From the human T2T-CHM13v2.0 reference genome, Homo sapiens: a stretch of DNA of 64,000 bases. The translations under genes were made by a program, and so were the position numbers. The notes under the pieces were generated by a model, which saw only the letters and a program-made list of their open reading frames with translations, searched no databases and was not told where the DNA came from. Below, piece after piece: positions 55,992 to 64,000 of this stretch (the stretch's first letter is position 1; every line of letters starts with the position of its first letter). The stretch is from the NCBI RefSeq assembly GCF_009914755.1, contig NC_060926.1; one strand, 5' to 3'.

Positions 55992-56524
55992 TGTATTAGT
56001 TTGCTAGGACTGCCATGATAAAATACAATAGTCTAGGTGGCTTAAATAACAGAAATAAATTTTCTTACAGTTGTGGAGGCTATACATCCAAAATCAAGGT
56101 GTCATCAATGTTGGTTTTTGGTGAGACCTTTCTTCTTGGCTTATGTCCAGATGCCTCATTGTGTCCTTACATGACCTTTCCTTTGTGTACTAGTGGAGAT
56201 AAACAGGACTCCTGTGTATCTTCTTCTTATAAGAATACCAATATTGCTTTAGGACCACACTGTTATAACCTCATTTTACCTTAATTACCTCCTTAAAAAA
56301 CTTATCTCAAAGGGGTCACTTTGAAACTTAAGGCTTTAACATACTATTTTGAGGGAGGGGGACACAATTCAGTCCATATCATTCTGCCTTCCAGCTCCCC
56401 AAAATTAATGTCATTTTTGCACAAAACATACATTCATGACAACTCAACAGCCTCCACAATCTTAACTCATTTTTAGCATCATCTCTAAAGTCTAAAGTTC
56501 AAAGTCTCATCTAAATGTCATCTA
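55992..56524 (-). mobile_element. MLT1B-like LTR plus adjacent MLT1 internal sequence, cut by an L1 insertion
   Basis: tgtattagtttgctaggactgcca...ggtggcttaaataacagaaat...ggggacacaattcagtccatatca (to ~56381), then MaLR-internal motif cttaactcatt...aagttcaaagtctcatct. Confidence 0.85.
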
Positions 56525-58405
56525 GAGGATAGAGCAAGGTTGTGAAATAGAGGCCTACACTATTCATCTGCCCTGCAGGGACACCAAATTTTAACAACTA
56601 CCTGCACACAAATAAGCACCATCACAAAAACCAAAATCACAGTATCTGGTTTTAACTTCATATCACTGAAAGAAGCATTAAGGAGGACAGGATAGACAGT
56701 ATAAAATCACCAATTCCACCCCTTCATTGTCCTTTGGCAGTGGCTGTGAGCCATCAAGAGAGAGCCTATGCACTTGGAGGACAAAGTGCATAGCAACTGT
56801 GGGACGTCGCATTGAATTCATCCTGTCCCAGTGGAGGGCAAAGTTATACTAGGGTCAGCCAGGATGCATGCATGGAGGGAGCACTTGGACCAGACCTAGT
56901 CAGAAGGGAATATACCATCCCAGTGGTCAGAACTTCAGTTACTCAGCAAGATTTAATCACCATGGGCCAAAGTGCTCTGGGGCCCCAGGTAAACTTGAAA
57001 GGCAGTCTAAGACATTAGGACTGAAATTCCTATGCAATTGCTCATGCTGGGCTTGGCTCAGAGCCAGAGAACTGGGCAGCATGTGACCTTGGGAGACACA
57101 AGCCGGAACAGCTAAGGGAGTGCTTAGACCACCCCTAATGCAATCCCAGGCAGCACAGCTCACAACAACAAAAGGGACTCCATCCTTCTGCTTAGGGAGA
57201 AGAGAGTGAAGAGTAAAGAGGACTTTGTCTTGCATCTTGGATACCAGCTTAGCCACAGGAGGATAGGGCACTGGGCAAAGTTGTGAGGTCCATTTCAGGT
57301 CCAACCTCACAGACTACATTTCCAGACATAATTGGGCCAAAAGGGAACCTGCTTCCTTGAAGGGAAGTACTCAGTCCTGGCAGGATTTATTAACTGCTGA
57401 CAAAAGAGCCCGTGGGCACCAAATGACCAGTGGCAATACCCAGGTAGTGTGCTGGGGGCCTTAGGCTCTGAGACATACTGGCTTCAGGTGTGACTCAGCA
57501 CATTCCCAGCTACGGTGGCTATAGGAAGAGACTCCTTCTGTGTGAGAAAAACTGAAGAGCCTTTGGGCTTTAAGTGAACATTGGCAATGGCCTGCCAGAA
57601 CCCCCTGTTGGTTGTTGTTGGTGGTGGTTATAAGGAAAGGCTGCTCTGCTTGGAAAAAGAGGAGGAAAGAGTGAGAAGGATTTTGCATTGTAGTTTGAGT
57701 GTCAGCTTAGCCATGGTAGAATAGAACTTCAATAAATTTCTAAGGTTTTTTACTCTGATCCCTGGCTCCCAGACAGCATCTCTATATGTACATAGGGCCT
57801 GGGTAACTTCTTGTCTTGAAGAGAACACAAACCTAGATGGCTTCACAACCTGCTGATTATATAGTCCTTGGGCCTTAAGGGAAAATAGATGTTAGCCAGG
57901 GGCAAGATCCAGTGCTGTGCTGGCTTTAAGTATGACCCAGTGGTGGTGATCAAAGGTGTGTTTGCATCTCCACAACCCCAGTTCCAGGTGGCTCAGCACA
58001 GAGAGAGAGATACTCCATTTGTTTGGGAAAAAGCAAGAAAAATAAAAAGTCTCTGTCTGGTAATTTAGAATATTCTTCCAGATCTTATCCAAGACCACCA
58101 AAGTGGTACCTCTACAAATCTGCAGAAAACACAGAGTTATTGGGTTTGGGGCCCAAGTCCTTTTCAGAAACTGGAAAGCCTTCCACAAACAAGTCCACAC
58201 TGTGAAGACAGTAAGTACATAACTCTTCAATGCCTAGTCACTAACAAACAACTACAAGCATCAAGACTATTCAAGAAAACATTACCTCACCAAATGAACT
58301 AAATAAGGCACCAGGAACCAAACCTGGAGAAAGAGATCTGTAACTTTTCAGACAGATAATTCAAAATTAGCTGTTTCGAGGAATCTCAAAGAAATTCAAG
58401 ATAAC

Positions 58406-60730
58406 TGGATTAGTCTGTTCTCATGCTACTAATAAAGACACACCCAAGATTGGGTGATTTATTAAGGATAGAGGTTTAATTGATTCACAGATCCACATGG
58501 CTGGGGAGGCCTCACAATTATGGTGGAAGGTGAAAGAGGAGGAAAGTCATGCCTTATGTGGTGGCAGGCAAGAGAGCTTGTGCAGGGAAATTCACATTTA
58601 TAAAACCATCAGATCTTTTGAGACTTATTAACTACCACAACAACAGTAGAGAGGAAAACCACCCCCACGATTCAGTTATCTCCACCTGACCCTGCCCTTG
58701 ACACATGGGTATTATTATAGTTCAAGGTGAGATTTGAGTGGGGACACAGCCAAACAATACCATTCTACCTTAGCCCCTTCCAAATCTCATGTCCTCACAT
58801 TTCAAAACAAATCATGCTTTCCCAAAAGTCCCCCAAAGTCTTAACTCATTTTAGCATTAAGTCAAAAGTTCATAGTCCAAGGTATCATCTGAGAAAAGGC
58901 AAGTCCCATCTGCCTATAAGCCTGTAAAGTCAAAAGCAAGTTAGTTATTTCCTAGATACAATGGGGGTACAAGCACTGGGTAAATACACACATTCCAAGT
59001 GGGAGACATTGGCCAAAGGAAAGGGCTACAGGCCCCATGCAAGTCCAAAATCCAATGGGGCAGTCAAATCTTAAAGATCCAAAATCTTTTTTGACTTCAT
59101 GTCTCACACCCACGTCACACTGATGGCAAGAGATGGGCTCCCACAGCCTTGCACAGTTCTGCCTCTGTGGCTTTCCAGGGTACAGACCTCCTCCCAGCTG
59201 CTTTTATGGGCTGGCATTAAGTGTCTGTGGCTTTTCCAAGCACATGGTACAAGCTGTCAGTGGATCTACCATTCTGGGGTCGGGAGGATAGTGGCCCTCT
59301 TCTCACAGCTCCACTAGGCAGTGCCCAGTGGGGACTCTGTGTGGGGGCTCCAAACCCACATTTCCCTTCTGCACTGCCCTAGCAGAGGTTCTCCATGAGG
59401 GCTCCAACCTTGAAGCAGACTTCTGCTTGGACATCTACATGTTTCCATACATTCTTTGAAATCTACGCAGGGGTTCCCAAACCCAAGTTCTTGACTTCTG
59501 TGCACCCACAGGCCCAACACCACATGAAACTGCCAAGGCTGGGGGCTTCCACCCTCTGAAGGCACAGACCAAGCTGTACCTTGGCCCCTTTTAGCCATGG
59601 CTAGAGCAGCTGGGATGCAGGGCACCAAGTCCCTAGGCTTCACACAACAGGGGGACCCTGGGCCTGGCCCACAATACCATTTTTTCCTCCTAGGCCTCTG
59701 ATCTGTGAAGGGAGGGGCTGCTGCAAAGGTCTCTGAAAAGCCCTGGCGATATTTTCCCATTTTCTTCACAATTAACATTTGGCTCCTTGTTACTCATGCA
59801 AATTTCTGCAGCCGGCTTGTATTTCTCCTGAGAAAATGGGTTTTTCTTTTCTATTATGTCATCAGGCTGCAAATTTTTTAAACTTTCATGCTCTGCTTTC
59901 CTTTTAAACATAAGTTCAAATTCCAAACCATATCTTTGTGAATACATAAAACTGAATACTTTTAACAGAACTCAAGTAACCTCTTGAATGTTTTGATGCT
60001 TAAAATTTCTTCTGCCAGGTGCCCTAAATCATATCTCTCAAGTTCAAAGTTCCACAAATCTCTAGCACATGGGCAGAATGCCACCAGCCTTTTTACTGTA
60101 TCACAGCAAAAGTCACCTTTGCTTCAGTTACCAACAAGTTCCTCATCTCCATCTGAGACCACCTCAGCCTGGACCTTATTGTTGATATCACAATCAGCAT
60201 TTGGGTGAAAGCCATTCAACAAGTCTCTAGGAAGTTCCAAACTTTCCCACATCTTTCTGTCCTCTTCCAGACTCTCCAAAGTGTTCCAGCCTCTGCCTGT
60301 TTCCCAGTTCCAAAGTTGCTTTCACATTTTGGTCTATCTTTAGAGCAGCACCCCACTACCCAATACCAATTTACTGTATTAGTCTGTTCTCACACTGCTA
60401 ATAAAGACATACATAAGACTGGGTAATTTATAAAAGAAAGAGGTCTAATTTGACTCACAGTTCCACGTGGTTAGGGAGGCCTCACAATCATGGTGGAAGG
60501 CAAATGAGGAGCAAAGTCATATCCTACATGGCAGTGGCAAGAGAGCTTGTTCACGGAAACTCCCATTTGTAAAATCATCAGATCTTGTGAGACTTATTCA
60601 CTATCACAAGAACAGTATAGGAGAAACCACTCTCAGGATTCAATTATCTCCAACTGGCCTTGCCCTTGACACATGTGGATTATTACAATTCAAGGTGAGA
60701 TTTGGGTGGGGACACAGCCAAACCGTATCA
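58406..60730 (-). mobile_element. Full-length THE1 (THE1D-like) MaLR element: LTR-internal-LTR
   Basis: LTRs 58406-58762 and 60375-60730, THE1 internal region between them, perfect 5-bp TSD ataac (58401-58405, 60731-60735) within L1 ORF1. Confidence 0.95.
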
Positions 60731-61105
60731 ATAACACAGAGAAGAAATTCAGATCTGATAAATTTAACAACCTGATTAAAACACTTAAGAAGAATCAAGC
60801 ATAAATTCTAGAGTTGAAAAATGAAATTGACATACTGAAGAATGTGTCAGAATTTCTTAATAGCAGAATTGATCAAACAGAAGAAATAATTAGTGAGCTT
60901 GAGTTGAACACAGGCTATTTGAAAATACACAGCCACAGGAGACCAAAGAAAAAAGAACAAAAAAGAATTAAGCATGCTACAAGATCTAGAAAATAGCAAA
61001 AAAAAAAAAAAAATAGGCAAATCTAAGAGTTATTGCCATAGAGAGAAGGCAGATAAAGAGATGGTGTAGAAAGTTTATTCACAGTTCATTCAAAGGAAAA
61101 TATCT

Positions 61106-61110
61106 ATGTG

Positions 61111-61163
<53 letters not shown>

Positions 61164-61205
61164 CATGTATAAAATATATTATATATAATATATATAATAT
61201 ATATT
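61106..61205. repeat. (TG)n(TA)n / AT-rich microsatellite inside L1 ORF1
   Basis: Direct reading. Confidence 0.9.
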
Positions 61206-63530
61206 TTTTCAAATACAAGAAGGCTATAGAACACCAAGCAGATTTAACCCTAAGAAAGCTACACACTACACCAAGATATTTAACAAATAAATTGCCAAAA
61301 ATCAAGGATAAATAAAGGACCCAAAAATAGCAGGAGAAAAGAAATTAATAACATAACACTGACCTCCAACAGGCCTGGCAGCAGATGTTTCAGTGGAAAT
61401 CTCACAGGCTAGAAGACAGTGGCATGACATATTTAAAGCATGGAAGGAAAAGACTTTTACCCTAGAATAGTATATTTGGTGAAAATATACTTTAAACATG
61501 AAGGAGAAATAAAGAACTTCCCAGAGAAACAAAAGCCAAGGTATTTCATCAATACCAGACTTGTTCTACAAAATATGCTAAAGGGAGTTCTTCAATCTGA
61601 AAGAAAAGATGTTAATGAACACAAAGAAATCATCTGGAGGTACAAAACTTATTGGTAATAGTAAACACACAGAAAAATACAGAATATTATAACACTGTAA
61701 TTATGATGTATAAACTACTGTTGTCTTAAATAGAAACACTAAATGAGGAACCAATCAAAAACAAATGACTATAACAACTTTTCAAGACATAGGCAGTACA
61801 ATAAAACACAAAGAGAAACAAGAAAAAGTTAAAAAATGGGAAATGAAGTTAAAATGTACAGTTTTTACTAGTTTTCTTTGTGTAAGTTTGTTTCTTTATG
61901 CAATTAGTGTTGTCATTAGTTTAAAATAGTGGGTTATAAGACAGTATTTGCAAGCCTCATGGTAGCCTCAAATTGAAAAACATACAACTAATAAACACAA
62001 AATAAAAGTGAGAAATTAAACTCTACCATCAGAGAAAATCATACAAGAATGATAGAAAGAAGGAAGAGAATACTGCAAAGCAATCAGAAAACAAATAACA
62101 AAATGGTAGGAGTAAGTCCCTACTTACCAATAGTGACATTTAATGCAAATGAGTTAAACTTCCCAATCAAAGGATATACAGTGGCTGAATGAAGAAACAA
62201 GACTCAATGATCTGTTGCCTACAAAAAATACGCTTCATCTATAAAGAAACACATAGAATTAGAATAAAGGGATGAAAACAAGATATTCCATACTGACGAA
62301 AACCAAAAATGAGCAGGAGTAGCTATATTTAGACAAAACAGATTTCAAGACAAAAACTGTAAGAAGAGACAAAGATTATTATATAATGATAAAGTGGTCA
62401 ATTCAGCAAAAGGTTATAACAATTGTAAATATACATGCACCCAACACTTGAGCACCCAAATATATAAAGTATATATCACTAGAGCTAAAAAGATAGACAG
62501 ACCTCATTAAAATAATAGCTAGAGACTTCAACACCTCACTTTCAGCATTGGGCAGATCATTCAGACAGAAAATCCACAAACAAATGTCAGACTTAATCTG
62601 CACTATAGAATAAATGGACCTATTAGATGTTTACAGAACATTTCATCCAAAGGCTACAGAATAAATATTCTTCTCTTTTTCACATTGATGTATTCTCAAG
62701 GATAGACCATATGTTAGGTCATAAAACAAGTGTTAAAACATTGAAATAAATTGAAATAATATCAAGCATCTTCTCTAACCACAGTAAAATAAAATGAGAA
62801 ATCAATAAGAAGAATAATTTTGGAAACTATACACATACATGGAAATTAAACAGTATGCTCCTGAATGACCAGTGGGTAAATGAATAAATTAAGAAGGAAA
62901 TTGAAAAATTTCTGGAAATAAATGATAATGGAAACATAACATATCAAAACCTGTACTGAGAAAAAGCAGTACTGAGTGAAATTAACAGCTAGAAGTGACT
63001 ACATCAAAAAGAAGAAAAACTTCAAATGAATAGCCTAAGAACGGATCTTAAAGAATTAGAAAAGCAAGAGGACACCAAACCCAAAATTAGTAGAAGGAAA
63101 TAAATAATAAATATTGGAGCAGAAATAAATGAATTTGAAATGAAGAAAACAATAGACATAGCAATGAAACAAAAAAATTGGTTTTTTGAAAAGACAAAAT
63201 GGAAAACCTTTAGTCAGATTAATAAAGAAAAATAAATAAATAAAATTACAGATGAAAGAGACATTAAAACTGACATCACAGAAATTCAAAGGATTATTAG
63301 TAGCTACAATGAGCAAATATATGCCAATAAATTGGAAAATCTAGAGGAAATGGATAAATTCCTAGATACATACAACCTACCAAGATTGAAATATGAAGAC
63401 ATGGAAAACCTAAGCAGGTCAATAACTAGTAACAAGATTGAAACTATAATATAAAGTCTCCCAGTAATGAAAAGCCCAGGACCTAATTGCTTCACTGCTG
63501 AATTCTATCAAACTTTTAAAGAAGAACTAA

Positions 63531-64000
63531 GGAATAACTGGCTAGCCACATGAAGAAGATTGAAACTGGACTCCTTTTTTACACCATATACAAATATCAA
63601 CTCAAGATGCATTAAATACTTCAATGTAAAACCTAAAACTATAAAAACCCTGGAAGATAACCTAGGAAATACCATTCTGGATATAGGACCTGGCAAAGAT
63701 TTCATGACAAAGACACCAAAAGCGATTGCAGTAAAAATAAAAATTGAAAAATGGGGCCTACTGCAAAGCAAGCAAACTATCAACAGACTAAACAGAAATT
63801 CTAGAGAATGGGAGAAAGTATTTGCAAACTATGTAACTGACAAAGCCCTCACATATAGAATCTATAAGGAACTTAAATATGAAAGCAAAAACAAAAAAAA
63901 AACAATAAAAAGTGAGCAAAGGATATGATCAGATAATATTCAAAAGAAGACATACATGCAACCAATAAGCATATGAAAAAATACTTATTATCATTAGAGA
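63531..64000 (+). mobile_element. L1PA13-16-like ORF2 3' portion (continues beyond window)
   Basis: ORF 63560-63928 [54 protein letters not shown]; closely matches the reverse complement of the L1PA at ~42300-42480. Confidence 0.85.

Larger units (their letters stand above)
56525..63530 (+). mobile_element. L1MA1-3/L1M1-like LINE-1 from its 5' end (5' UTR, ORF1, ORF2 endonuclease), interrupted by THE1
   Basis: 5' end gagcaag...acaccaaattttaacaacta...ggttttaacttcatatcactgaaaga; ORF1 remnant FYPRIVYLVKIYFKHEGEIKNFPEKQK; ORF2 endonuclease-region motifs from ~62100. Confidence 0.88.

Overview
AT-rich, CpG-poor primate (human-like) genomic DNA with no recognisable protein-coding gene. The longer ORFs in the track are fragments of transposable elements or microsatellites. 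The window is mostly interspersed repeats. It holds two full-length THE1 (MaLR) elements, several solo LTRs, and a decayed ERV-L provirus (MLT2 3' LTR plus dUTPase/integrase/RNase H/RT/protease/gag remnants) interrupted by a near full-length L1PB, an AluY and two LTRs. It also holds several long L1s, four Alus, and L2/MIR/MER relics. The most notable items are: a U6 snRNA/L1 chimeric retrocopy (~41.3-46.6 kb), an L1PA with a probable short 3' transduction, an LTR fragment inserted in the ERV-L integrase with microhomology at both ends, and a ~210-bp inverted templated insertion inside an AT-rich patchwork. Several other template-switch-like scars recur across the window. I found no evidence of a new gene system. 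Repeat subfamily names come from recall of consensus sequences, not a database search, and boundaries of old repeats are approximate.
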